A DNA stretch of 64,000 bases from an uncultured delta proteobacterium (GTDB lineage: Bacteria > Myxococcota_A > Polyangia > Polyangiales > Polyangiaceae). Each line of letters opens with the position of its first letter. Positions within the stretch are counted from its first letter, which is position 1. Positions 22,089 to 31,985 of the stretch are shown here, piece after piece. Position numbers and translations under genes: made by a program. Below the pieces are notes generated by a model. It was not told the DNA's origin, ran no database searches, and was given only the letters and a program-made list of their open reading frames with translations. The stretch lies in contig CAWDXG010000004.1 in assembly GCA_963806225.1 (NCBI GenBank), positions 1,664,001 to 1,728,000 of the forward strand, given 5' to 3'.

Positions 22089-22580
22089 AGCATAGCCCCG
22101 GATCGACTTCGTGGATCGGGCGTTGTGCAAGCTGGTTCCCGGTGGTTACGCCCTTCCACCAGCTTGTCCGCGCGGATCCCTACCGTCGACCCGGCGCGTA
22201 GGTGCGATGAACGCCCTGTCTCGATAGCCCCACGTCGGTTTCGCTGCCTCTGCCCAACGGTCTACGCCTCGATCGAGCTCTGCGGGAGGCGCGCTTTCGT
22301 GGCATCCCGCCCTGCGCGCGTCGGCTCCGCACGAATTCCCTCCTCCGCACAGATCCCGGCCCCTTGTCGACCGCGCCCAGGGCGCGTCGAACAGCTCCGC
22401 CTGCACCGGCTCGCCGAGCCTTCGGCGGATGACGCGGATCTTGAAGAACGGCGGCCCCCTCGCGGGCGCGAGGGTTGGCGGCTCGCTGGGCTCGCCGAGC
22501 CAGCGGAGGTAGCGGCGGATGGAGGCGGCGGTGATGACGAGCGCGCGCATCTTCAACCTGCCGCCGCACTTGCTGCGTTG
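22089..22580 (-). mobile_element. Remnant of an IS91/ISCR-like rolling-circle transposase C-terminus with putative element end
   Basis: SKCGGRLKMRALV..SIRRYLRWLGEPSEPPTLAPARGPP; the minus strand ends ...GGGGCTATGCT followed by GAAC. Confidence 0.55.
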
Positions 22581-23236
22581 AAACGCGGGGGCGGCACGGC
22601 CGTCGCGAGCCGGCAGAGGAGCGAGAGCGGCTCGAGATCGATCGCAAACGTCCCGTCGCTCGTTCACCATCGCAAGCCAGAGATCGCCGTCCCAAACCCG
22701 CGGCAGACAGGCCAACCTACGCACGACGAATGTCCTTGACCTGGGGGGGCCGCTTCACCGAAGCCGGAACAGGTCGTCAATGCGGTCACGGCGCGACGAT
22801 GCGGAGCGAGCGCTCGACAATCGCGGAGACGTGCTTCTGCTCGGCCTCGGCGCTACGCGGTAGCCGTCGAGCCCCGCAACCGCACGTGTCCGCTTCTCGG
22901 TGGCTCGGGCAGCCTAGGCTCGCGGGTCCTGGCAGCAGGAAAGCCCTACGCTGTCATCCGCCGCCGGCTCGGCGAGCCCGTGCAGACGGAGCTGTTCGAC
23001 GTGCATTGAGGCCATGACGTGGACGGTGCCCGACCAGGCGCGAGCGCCGCGTCACGACACGAGCGCTGCCGAGAGCTTCCGCACCGCTTCGTCGTCCGCG
23101 CGGATCACGCGCGGGTGCGGGTCGCAGACGGCGAGCAGGAGCGAGCGGTACGGGCCAGCCTGGAGCCCGATAGCACGCCTCTCGACCCCTCCAGCTACTT
23201 GAACTAGTGTACAGTACCGCTTCCGGGCACCCGACG

Positions 23237-24292
23237 ATGACCAAGAGCCACCAGGACAGCTCCGCACCCGGCGATCGCGTCGTCGGCACCGTCGCGCGCG
23301 ACGAGGACGAGCGCTTCGATCGCCTGTTCCGTCCCGAGTCGCTTGCCGATTTCGTCGGGCAGCAGAAGCACAAAGACAACCTCGGCGTGTATGTGCAGGC
23401 GGCCCTGAAGCGCGGCGAGCCGCTGGACCATATCCTCCTGTGCGGTCCGCCGGGCCTCGGCAAGACCACGCTGGCGCACATCCTGGCCAGGGAGATGGGC
23501 GTGCAGCTCGTCATCAGCAGCGGACCGGCGATCGAGCACAAGGGCGCGCTCACCGGGCTGCTCACCCGGCTCGAGCGCGGCGACGTGCTGTTCATCGACG
23601 AGATCCATCGCCTGAGCGCGCCGGTGGAAGAAGCGCTGTATCCAGCCATCGAGGATTTCCGCATCGACGTGATGATGGGCGACGGCGCCTACGCCGAGAG
23701 CATCCCGCTCGACATCAAGCCGTTCACGTTGATCGGCGCGACCACGCGCACGGGGCTCTTGACCAAGCCGCTGCACGAGCGCTTCGGCGTGACCCTGCGC
23801 CTGGACTTCTACCCGGCCGCGGATCTGAAGCAGATCATCCTGCGCAGCGCGCGGCTGCTCGGCATCGAGTGCGCCGAGCAGGGAGCGCACGAGCTTGCAC
23901 TTCGCTCGCGCGGTACGCCACGGGTAGCCAACCGCCTGCTCAGGCGCGTGCGCGACTTCGCCGAGGTCGAGGGAACGGGGCGCATCGACGCGGAAATCGT
24001 CCAGCTCACGTGCGAGCGGCTGGAAGTGGACGCGGCCGGGCTGGACGAGATGGATCGGCGCCTGCTGCTGGTGTTGATCGAGCACTACGACGGCGGGCCG
24101 GTGGGCGTAGAGACGATCGCCGCCGCGCTGGCCGAGCCACGCGACACTATCGAGGACGTGTACGAGCCCTATCTGCTGCAGCAGGGGCTGCTCGGCCGCA
24201 CGCCGCGCGGGCGCATCGCCACACGCAAGGCCTACGAGCATCTGGGCGTCCCGCTCGAGGAGCGCGGCTCGAAGCAGGGACGGCTGTTCTAG
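23237..24292 (+). CDS. ruvB: Holliday junction branch migration helicase RuvB
   Basis: GPPGLGKTTLA, FIDEIHRL, GATTRTGLL, RGTPRVANRLLRRVRDFA, GGPVG, EPYL, RTPRGR. Confidence 0.97.
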   Translation: MTKSHQDSSAPGDRVVGTVARDEDERFDRLFRPESLADFVGQQKHKDNLGVYVQAALKRGEPLDHILLCGPPGLGKTTLAHILAREMGVQLVISSGPAIEHKGALTGLLTRLERGDVLFIDEIHRLSAPVEEALYPAIEDFRIDVMMGDGAYAESIPLDIKPFTLIGATTRTGLLTKPLHERFGVTLRLDFYPAADLKQIILRSARLLGIECAEQGAHELALRSRGTPRVANRLLRRVRDFAEVEGTGRIDAEIVQLTCERLEVDAAGLDEMDRRLLLVLIEHYDGGPVGVETIAAALAEPRDTIEDVYEPYLLQQGLLGRTPRGRIATRKAYEHLGVPLEERGSKQGRLF

Positions 24293-24308
24293 GCTGCTCG
24301 GGCCGGCG

Positions 24309-25166
24309 TCACTGCCAGTTCGAGCTCGACGAGATCGTACCCCACGTCGATGGATCGACGGAGGCGCCGTTGGACACGGCAAGGCCCGCCGGCCAGTGTG
24401 CACTGGCGTGCACGATCGCGAGGCGGAAGCTGTGTGGCGATCCCGGCGTGACACCGAGCGCCGACAACGGCACGGACCACTCGTAGCGGATCGGATCCGG
24501 CTGGTTGCCGGGGCACTGCACGACGATGCCGGCCGGCGCCGAGCCCTGCGACCAGGTGCCGCCGGAAAGCTGGAGGTCGTTGCGGTCGCCGTCGGCGTTG
24601 AACGGATCGTCGAACACCGACACGTCGAACTCGTCGCCGTCGGCGGAGCTCTTGCCGTCGGGATCGAACATGAACGGCATCGGGCAGCCGCACGTCGGCG
24701 TTCCCGAGGTGGCGAAGTACAGCTTGTCTCCGGCGTACTTCATCACCACCACCATGTCGACGCTGCCGACGTTGAAGCACGTGCCGTCGCTCCACTCCGC
24801 GGCATGGAGCGTGCCGTCTACCGTGGGTGCGCACCCGGCCGGAACATCGACGCTGCTCGAAGCCGCCGTCGAACACGCCGGCAGCTGGGTGATCGGACTG
24901 CCGCCGCCGGCACACTGGGTAGCGCTGCCGCCCGAACCGCCCGAGCCCGCGCTGCCCGCGCTGCCGCCGCTGCCCGCGCTGCCGCCGCTGCCGCCGCTGC
25001 CCGCGCTGCCGCCCGAGCCCGCGCTGCCGCCGGCGCCGCCCGTCGCTGTTCCCGCTGACCCTCCGCTGGCAGCGCCGTTCGAGCTCGAGCTCGAGCTGCA
25101 CCCGGATAGCGCGAGCATGACGACGCCCAGTGCTGCTGCTCCCGTGAAAACTGTGGCGCGCTTCAT
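24309..25166 (-). CDS. Lipoprotein with GSGGSA linker repeats and a possible sugar-binding (CBM9/DOMON-like) domain
   Basis: Lipobox LALSGC, repeated GSGGSA, PTVDGTL..AEW..YEWSVPLSALG. Confidence 0.7.
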   Translation of the reverse strand: MKRATVFTGAAALGVVMLALSGCSSSSSSNGAASGGSAGTATGGAGGSAGSGGSAGSGGSGGSAGSGGSAGSAGSGGSGGSATQCAGGGSPITQLPACSTAASSSVDVPAGCAPTVDGTLHAAEWSDGTCFNVGSVDMVVVMKYAGDKLYFATSGTPTCGCPMPFMFDPDGKSSADGDEFDVSVFDDPFNADGDRNDLQLSGGTWSQGSAPAGIVVQCPGNQPDPIRYEWSVPLSALGVTPGSPHSFRLAIVHASAHWPAGLAVSNGASVDPSTWGTISSSSNWQ

Positions 25167-25487
25167 GCCGGCCAGCGCTACGGGCGCCGGCGTTGGGCGT
25201 CAACCGGCGCCGTAGCGGATTGCCACGCTCGCCGCCGCGGCTGCGTCGCCTCCGCACGGGATCCGGCCGAGCTCGCACTTTTTGCGTGGAAGACCACCAC
25301 ATTCCGCGTCCCCGTCCAGGCACACGGCTTGCAGCGCTCCATCGCGAGTCGACTGACCACGCCCCCGCCCATCCGCTCCCACCGCCCCGACCCACGGGAT
25401 CGAATCGCACGACCCCGGAAAGCTCTTCACCTGTCTGGATCCGACACTATCTCTCGAGGCGCCACAACAACACCTGGAGGCAACGAC

Positions 25488-27686
25488 ATGACTCATGAGG
25501 GGGCCGCTCTGGAACGCGTCCGCGAGCGCATGCTCGCAGGACGGCACACGGCTGTGCTGGGGCGCGGAAGGCTCGACCCGCTGCCGGCGCCGGGCGTGCT
25601 CAAGGTGGATTGCGATCTGTCCGGCCCGCCGCTGGGACCGCTGCTCGAAGCGCGCTGGCAGGCCGAGCAGCTGCTCGACGAGCGCGCGCCGATGCCGCTC
25701 GGTGCCCGCATCCGGTCGGGACTCAGGCAGCGGTTGCTTGGCGAACAGCCCGAGCCCGGTGGTGATAGCATGGTCGTCGCGGCCTTGAACCGCCTCGCGC
25801 GGCTCTCCAGCGGACCCGTGGGGCTGGTGCTTCAGTCGGTGGACTCGGCTGATCGCAGAACACTGCAGCGCCTCGAAGCGTTGGTCCGCCGCCCCGGCTG
25901 GCTCAAGGCCCCGCTGGTGCTGGCGTTCGAGTCGCTCGAGCCCGAGGGAGCCGCGAAGTCGCTTCTCGACGCCGTGCGGGAAGTGGGGGGCGAGGGCGCC
26001 ATCGTCAGCGTCGGCGCGGAGGATCTGCTGGAACCCGAGGCGGAGGACGTCATGATGGCGCTCGCGCCGGACGCGCTCGACCCGGAGGTGCTGCACGTGC
26101 TGCGGGCTGGCGCGCTGATCGGCAATGTCTTCGAGGCGGAGCTAGCGGCCGCCCTGCTCGCGGTCGATCCGCTCGAGGTGCTGGAGCTCTTGCAGGTGGC
26201 CCACGACTCCGGCGTGGCGATCGACGACCGCGGTGACGGTCGTTTCGTCCTGGCAGACAGCACGGCCGAGGCGCTGCGGCGGAGCCTTTTGCCATCGCTC
26301 GCGGGCGCCTGGCACCGGCGGCTGGCCGAGCTGCTCGGCGAAGCGACGCCGCGTGGAACCCAGCCCCAGCAAAGCGCGCCCGAGGCGGCCCCCCCCACCG
26401 AGCGTCCAGTGGCCCGCGCGGCGCCGGCACGCGAGCCAAGCGCGCTCGAGCACCTGCGCGTCGGCGACAATCCGCTGGCTGCAGCCGAATCGGAGGCGCG
26501 CCGGCTCGGGGGGCGCCCCGACCGCCAAGCGCGCGCGGGCCGTCACGCCGAGGCCGCCGGCCAGATCGAGCTGGCGGCCGAGCAGTACCTCGCTGCGGCG
26601 GAGCGTTCGGAGAATCTCGGCGCGTACGACCAGGCGCTCGACTTCGCCGAACGCGCGCTCGGGCTCGTCGCATCCCTGCCGAGCAGCCCGGGGCGCCGCC
26701 AGCTGCGTATCCGCGCGCTGGGCGAGCTCGGCCGCATGAAGTGGCACGCTGCAGGGCCCGGCGAGATCTTCTCGCTCGACGTAGCGCTCGAACAGCTCGA
26801 CAACGCGCAGAAGCTGCTGGCGCCCGGGGATCCCGTCGAGCTCCGGGCCGAGATCGGTTCGCTCATCGCGAGCGTCTGCTACGACATCGGCGGGCGCGCC
26901 GCACTCGAGCGCGCGCTCGAGGAGCTCACGCAGGCAGGCCACGCGCTGCTCGAAGCGGGCAGGCCGGTGGAAGCGGCGCGGCTGCTCAACGACGAGGCGG
27001 CGGTATGGGTGCGTCTCGGCGACCCGGTGCGGGCGAACCACCTGCTGTCGAAGTCGCGCGAGGTGTTCGGGCGCTTCGCCACGGAGAGCACAGTGGCGCA
27101 GCTGGAACTAGCCGAGACGGATCACCTGGTGGCGCGGCTGATGCTGCACGCACCGCCGCGACCAGGCAAGGAGCGAGAATCGCTCGAGCTCGGTATTCAG
27201 CACGCACTCGCGGCGGAGGAGACCTATCGCGGACTCGGCCGTTCGCGTGAGCTGGCCCGCGTATGGGAGACGCTCGGTAGACTGGAGCGCCTCTCCGGCA
27301 AGTCCGAGCGGTCGTCCAGTCATCTGGTGGCGGCCATCGAGGCCGAGCAGCAGATCGGCGACGCGATCGGACTGGCCCGCTCGACCGCGGCGCTGTCCGA
27401 TCTGCTCTCCGACGTCGGACAACCGGAACGCGCGCTAGAGCTGCTGCGCGACTCGATCACGCTCAATTTCGAGAAAGGCTCGCCGGTGGGGCTCGCCTTC
27501 AACCGCCGGGCGCTGGCCGGACTGGCAGCGCGCGCGGGAGGGCACCCGCTCGCCGACGGCCTCGAACACGATATCGAACGACTACGGAGCCAGCTGGAGC
27601 TGGCCGAGAGAGCTGTCGGGCATGTCGAAGCCCCCATCGAACGGGACGACCGCCCGACGGCAGGTTTGAAAGGAGTCCACCCATGA
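25488..27686 (+). CDS. Degenerate ATPase / TPR-like helical-repeat protein
   Basis: RBS GGAGG; resembles the AAA-winged helix-TPR regions of myxobacterial STAND-type proteins but has no Walker A motif. Confidence 0.6.
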   Translation: MTHEGAALERVRERMLAGRHTAVLGRGRLDPLPAPGVLKVDCDLSGPPLGPLLEARWQAEQLLDERAPMPLGARIRSGLRQRLLGEQPEPGGDSMVVAALNRLARLSSGPVGLVLQSVDSADRRTLQRLEALVRRPGWLKAPLVLAFESLEPEGAAKSLLDAVREVGGEGAIVSVGAEDLLEPEAEDVMMALAPDALDPEVLHVLRAGALIGNVFEAELAAALLAVDPLEVLELLQVAHDSGVAIDDRGDGRFVLADSTAEALRRSLLPSLAGAWHRRLAELLGEATPRGTQPQQSAPEAAPPTERPVARAAPAREPSALEHLRVGDNPLAAAESEARRLGGRPDRQARAGRHAEAAGQIELAAEQYLAAAERSENLGAYDQALDFAERALGLVASLPSSPGRRQLRIRALGELGRMKWHAAGPGEIFSLDVALEQLDNAQKLLAPGDPVELRAEIGSLIASVCYDIGGRAALERALEELTQAGHALLEAGRPVEAARLLNDEAAVWVRLGDPVRANHLLSKSREVFGRFATESTVAQLELAETDHLVARLMLHAPPRPGKERESLELGIQHALAAEETYRGLGRSRELARVWETLGRLERLSGKSERSSSHLVAAIEAEQQIGDAIGLARSTAALSDLLSDVGQPERALELLRDSITLNFEKGSPVGLAFNRRALAGLAARAGGHPLADGLEHDIERLRSQLELAERAVGHVEAPIERDDRPTAGLKGVHP

Positions 27687-27959
27687 CTGGGACGAAACCA
27701 CAGTACCGCCAACGGATCGACCACGGCCTGGACGAGCTCGAGAAGCTACGCGGCGAGATCAAGCTCAAGCTCCACCTGGCAGAGATGGACGCGCAGAGCA
27801 CCTGGCGACGCCTGGAACCGAAGCTGGACGAGCTGGAGAGCACCGTCGAACGTCAGGGCAACGCCGTCGCCGAAACGACCGCCAACCTGACCGAGGATCT
27901 CGATCAAATCGTTCCGCCAGCTCCGCGACAAGATCGCCAGCCACCACGCGCCGCACTGA
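27683..27959 (+). CDS. Small coiled-coil protein (frameshift near 27900)
   Basis: ATGA overlap; LDELEKLRGEIKLKLHLAEMDAQSTW..LE; shifted frame continues IKSFRQLRDKIASHHAPH*. Confidence 0.65.
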
Positions 27960-28026
27960 CGTCCGGCAGGACAGGGCCGGCGCTTCGCCGCCGGCCCTGC
28001 GCGGCGGAGGAACGCCGGCGGAGGAG

Positions 28027-29928
28027 CTACAATGCCTTGGCCGAGCGTGGCGGGATGCTCGTGCCCCCGGCGCTGATCGATTTGTCGGTCACGTTGAGGC
28101 CGACGCGCGATCCGTCGGGGAGACGCCAGAGCGTCGGGACAACGTTCGTGGTCGAACCGTGGGCGGAGATCTGGTCGCCGATAGCGCTCTGTAGATGGTC
28201 GGGCGCGCCTCTCGGCAGATAGTCGACCGGCACCGCGGGGCTTCCTCCCAGAGCGAGCGCGACGCGCGCGGCGTCGAGCCCCCAGCCCTGGCGCGAGGCG
28301 TCGAGCTTCGTCAGGTCGTCCGAGAGGAACAGCGCTCCGCCACCGAACGCCATCACCCAGCCCCCCACGTCCACCTCGTTTTCGGGCAGCTTGCGCAGCA
28401 GCACCGGATCGGCGTCGCACAGCGTCGCGAGGCAGAGCGGCGCGCGCGCGCCGATGCTGCGCGCCTCGTTGGCGACGAACGGCCACGACGGGCCGAAGGT
28501 CTCGAGCGCGATGTCGCCCCCGGCACGCCACGAGTCCACGTACGGGAGGCTGGCGAGGCCGGGCGCGCCCACGGCCAGAAGAAGGGTCTTGTCGCCGGCA
28601 GCCTTGCGGATGATGTCGAGCGCCATCGCGTACGCCTGCATTCCCGTCACGTCCTGGGCGCGCTTCCCTTCCCAGGTGCCCGCGAACAGGTAGTCGATCT
28701 TCAGCAGGCTGTAGCCCCAGCCGACGATCTTCTGGATGGTGGCCGTCAGGTGCGCCGCCGCTTCGGGGTTGGTCACGTCGAGGACGTGCATCGGAGCCTT
28801 GCCGAGCGGCGTGTACACGGCGCCGCCGACGAACCAGCCCGGGTGCGCCGTGTAGACCGCACTCTTCTCCGAGGCGATCAGCGGCGCGAGCCACACGCCC
28901 ATCTCGAATCCCTGTTGCGTCAAATCGCTCGCCAACCCGTCGAGCCCGGACGGGAAGCGCTTTTTGTCCGGGTCCCAGTCGCCCCAGGCCTGCTCCCAGC
29001 CGTCGTCTACGACGATGCGCAGTTTCGTGCCCTTCGGGAGCTGGGGGGCAAGGATCTTCTTCGCGAGCGGCGCGTTGTCGCGCACGCCCTGTTCGGTCAC
29101 GCCGTTCCACAGCTCGTACCACGAGTTCCAGCCGGCCTCGGCGGGCGGGGGCGACTTCATACCCGTGCGCCGCGAGGGAATGGCTGCGGCGTAGGAAGAG
29201 AGCATCCGAGGCAGATCCTCGCCAGTTTCCACGCGGAATGTCTCGCCGTCGATACTGTCGCCGGCTGCGACGATGACGTGCTCGCCGGTGCCGCCGCACG
29301 CGATGCGCAGGTGGAGCTTGCCACCGTCACTGCGCCAGACCTGCGTCCACGGCTTGAAGCGCTTCGCCGAAAGCGCGCCGGCAAGCACGGACGGGCCTCC
29401 GCCGCCTGCAACCGTGAAGGTCCAGCCCAGCTCGGTGCCATCGCGCAGCACCTCCGCGTCCCCGCGGGTCGAGAGCGCCTTCACGAGCTCCTTGTCATCC
29501 GGTGGCGCACCGATGGCGATCGCTCCGGACTGCGACCACGACTGGAACCCATTCGAGAGCCAGCTCCTCGCGCCGGCCAGCGTGAGCGGGCCCTCGCCCG
29601 AGAGCGCCTGGACGACGGTGTCCTTTGCGGCGGTGAAGCTCGTCTTCACGACCGCGCCGGCGAGCGTCAGCGCGACGGAGCCGGCCGCCCCCGCCGGACA
29701 CGTCGCCTTCTTTCCGTCGACCGTGCACTCGCCGTCGAGCCCCGCGCCGTGCCAGGCGTCGTCGTAGCGCACGCCGGGCAAGAGCAGCGTGCGCGCGCAG
29801 CCGGAGCCGATGGCCACGCCGGGTGAAGGATCCGGCGGGCAGCTGCGGCCCACCGCGGGCTTGGCACCCGAGCAGGCCGCCGTGGCGGAGATGACAACAA
29901 GCAGAGAACCCCATCGGCAAACGGACAT
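28027..29928 (-). CDS. GH36-like alpha-galactosidase lipoprotein
   Basis: GWNSWYE, VDDGWE..GDW, RFPSGL, GVWLAP, LDVTNP, LKIDYL. Confidence 0.85.
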   Translation of the reverse strand: MSVCRWGSLLVVISATAACSGAKPAVGRSCPPDPSPGVAIGSGCARTLLLPGVRYDDAWHGAGLDGECTVDGKKATCPAGAAGSVALTLAGAVVKTSFTAAKDTVVQALSGEGPLTLAGARSWLSNGFQSWSQSGAIAIGAPPDDKELVKALSTRGDAEVLRDGTELGWTFTVAGGGGPSVLAGALSAKRFKPWTQVWRSDGGKLHLRIACGGTGEHVIVAAGDSIDGETFRVETGEDLPRMLSSYAAAIPSRRTGMKSPPPAEAGWNSWYELWNGVTEQGVRDNAPLAKKILAPQLPKGTKLRIVVDDGWEQAWGDWDPDKKRFPSGLDGLASDLTQQGFEMGVWLAPLIASEKSAVYTAHPGWFVGGAVYTPLGKAPMHVLDVTNPEAAAHLTATIQKIVGWGYSLLKIDYLFAGTWEGKRAQDVTGMQAYAMALDIIRKAAGDKTLLLAVGAPGLASLPYVDSWRAGGDIALETFGPSWPFVANEARSIGARAPLCLATLCDADPVLLRKLPENEVDVGGWVMAFGGGALFLSDDLTKLDASRQGWGLDAARVALALGGSPAVPVDYLPRGAPDHLQSAIGDQISAHGSTTNVVPTLWRLPDGSRVGLNVTDKSISAGGTSIPPRSAKAL

Positions 29929-30017
29929 CGGCGTCTATCGTAGCGCGCCCGCCGCACCCGCACACGAGCGACATGCTGGACTCCGCCGCAGCTGTCTGCG
30001 ACCCTGGGGCAGGCTCG

Positions 30018-31985
30018 ATGTACGTGTGTCCCGAATGCGGGAGCAGCTCGGCCGGGGCGGGCTCCTGTACGACCGACGGATCGCGGCTCGTCGCGAGCAG
30101 CGATCCGTTCCTGGGCCAGATGGTCGGCAGCTACCGCGTGGCGCGACTGATCGGCGCGGGCGGCATGGGGCGCGTGTACAAGGGCGTCCAGCCGGCCATC
30201 GGTAGCCGCGTGGCGATCAAGATCCTGTCGCCGGAGTGCGCAGGCAATCCAGGGCTGGTGGAGCGCTTCTTCGCCGAGGCGCGCGCGGTCAATGTGGTCC
30301 GCCACGAGAGCATCGTGAACGTGCTGGACCTGGCGGCGCTGCCCGACGGGCAGCCGTACATCGTCATGGAGTACCTGGACGGCGAGCCGCTGTCGGCGCT
30401 GATCGAGCGCTGCGGCGCGCTGCCGCTGGGCAGCGTGACGCGGTTGATGACGGAGGTGCTCGGCGCGCTCGCCGCGGCGCACCAGCACGGCATCGTCCAC
30501 CGCGATCTGAAGCCGGACAACGTGTTCGTCACCAGCGGCGGCCGCGCCAAGGTGCTCGACTTCGGCATCGCCAAGCTCAAGCCGGGCATCTCCGAGATCC
30601 ACGACGCGACGCGCACGGGCTCGCTGCTGGGCACGCCGCACTACATGTCTCCGGAGCAGGCGGCCGGGCGGCACGTGGACGCGCGCAGCGATCTGTATTC
30701 GGCGGGCGTCATCCTGTTCGAGGCGTCGACCGGACGGCGCGCCTTCGATTCCACGGTGCTGTACGAGCTGCTGCGCCAGCACATCGAACAGCCGCCACCG
30801 TCGCCACGCTCGCTGCGCCCCGAGATCCCGCCGGCGTACGAGCTGTGCGTGCTGCGCGCGCTGGAAAAGGATCCCTCGCGGCGCTTCCAATCGGCCCAGG
30901 AGTTCGCGACCGCCCTCGGACAGGCCGCGCGCTTCCTGCCGGAGAACAGCTGGGTGCCGCTGCCGGTGTCGCGCGGACCGCACGGCACGTCGCCGATGCG
31001 CAGCGTGGCTGCGGCAACGCCGGGCGCTTCCGCATTCCAGCCGGCGCTGGCGCCACCGCGCATCGAGGTCAAGCCGACTGTCGGTGCGCCGTACGCAGGC
31101 CTGCCGACGGGCGCACCGACCCCCGCCGTTCCGTATTCGCCCGCACTGTCGCCAGCGCCGCAGGCGGCCGCGCCGCACTACGCCGGCGGGTATCCGGGCA
31201 GCGTGGCCGGCTACGCCAACACGCTGGGGGGTGCCGCGCCGGCGCGCCGCGAGCGGTCCTTTTTGCCGTACTTCATCATCGGAACCTTCGCGACGCTGAT
31301 GCTGGCGGCCATGGGCACCTGCGTGGCCCTGGTGGGACTCAGCTCGAAGCCGGACACGGAAGAGCGTCGTGCGGACAGCACGCACCGGAACCTGGACACC
31401 GACACGCCGGTGGCCGGCACCAGCGTCGTCAACGGCAACACCGAGCCCAGCGACCCGCACCAGGTGTCCGGCGCCGAGGCGCGCTATTCGGCGAAGCTCA
31501 CGAATCCGAAGCACTTCGACTTCTCCGCCTTCCTGCCAAAGGCCCTGAAGATGGCGCAGCGCCACTACGCGGACGTCGTGCTGGTGCGCCTGGACACCGA
31601 AGGCGTGCGCCCGGACGGCAGCATCGATCTCACGTTCGGCAACAGCAACGTGCTCTACCGGTTCCGATCGCCGTCGGCCTCCAAGCGCCCATCCGGGCTG
31701 CCCGACAACGTGAAGTACAAGGGTCGCTGCGTGGTCTACGTCTCGGTGGACTCGAGCGGCATCAGCTCCTACGTGCCGACCGGCATGGACTGCGACATGC
31801 CCCTCATCGGCATGCCCCACTGCTCGGCCACGCAGGTGTGGCAGCGCGCCGCAGAGCAGGGGGCTCCGAGCGGCAACGTGATCGGCTCGCTCGGCTACTG
31901 GGCGGACGACCAGGGGCACGCGCGCTGGCTCGCCAGCGTGCCGCCGGGGTTCAGCAAGTGGATTCCGGACACCTGCGCGCGCTAG
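30018..31985 (+). CDS. Membrane Ser/Thr protein kinase with N-terminal Zn-ribbon-like CPEC..C motif
   Basis: IGAGGMGRVY, VAIK, HRDLKPDN, DFG, GTPHYMSPEQ, Pro-rich linker and TM segment. Confidence 0.92.
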   Translation: MYVCPECGSSSAGAGSCTTDGSRLVASSDPFLGQMVGSYRVARLIGAGGMGRVYKGVQPAIGSRVAIKILSPECAGNPGLVERFFAEARAVNVVRHESIVNVLDLAALPDGQPYIVMEYLDGEPLSALIERCGALPLGSVTRLMTEVLGALAAAHQHGIVHRDLKPDNVFVTSGGRAKVLDFGIAKLKPGISEIHDATRTGSLLGTPHYMSPEQAAGRHVDARSDLYSAGVILFEASTGRRAFDSTVLYELLRQHIEQPPPSPRSLRPEIPPAYELCVLRALEKDPSRRFQSAQEFATALGQAARFLPENSWVPLPVSRGPHGTSPMRSVAAATPGASAFQPALAPPRIEVKPTVGAPYAGLPTGAPTPAVPYSPALSPAPQAAAPHYAGGYPGSVAGYANTLGGAAPARRERSFLPYFIIGTFATLMLAAMGTCVALVGLSSKPDTEERRADSTHRNLDTDTPVAGTSVVNGNTEPSDPHQVSGAEARYSAKLTNPKHFDFSAFLPKALKMAQRHYADVVLVRLDTEGVRPDGSIDLTFGNSNVLYRFRSPSASKRPSGLPDNVKYKGRCVVYVSVDSSGISSYVPTGMDCDMPLIGMPHCSATQVWQRAAEQGAPSGNVIGSLGYWADDQGHARWLASVPPGFSKWIPDTCAR

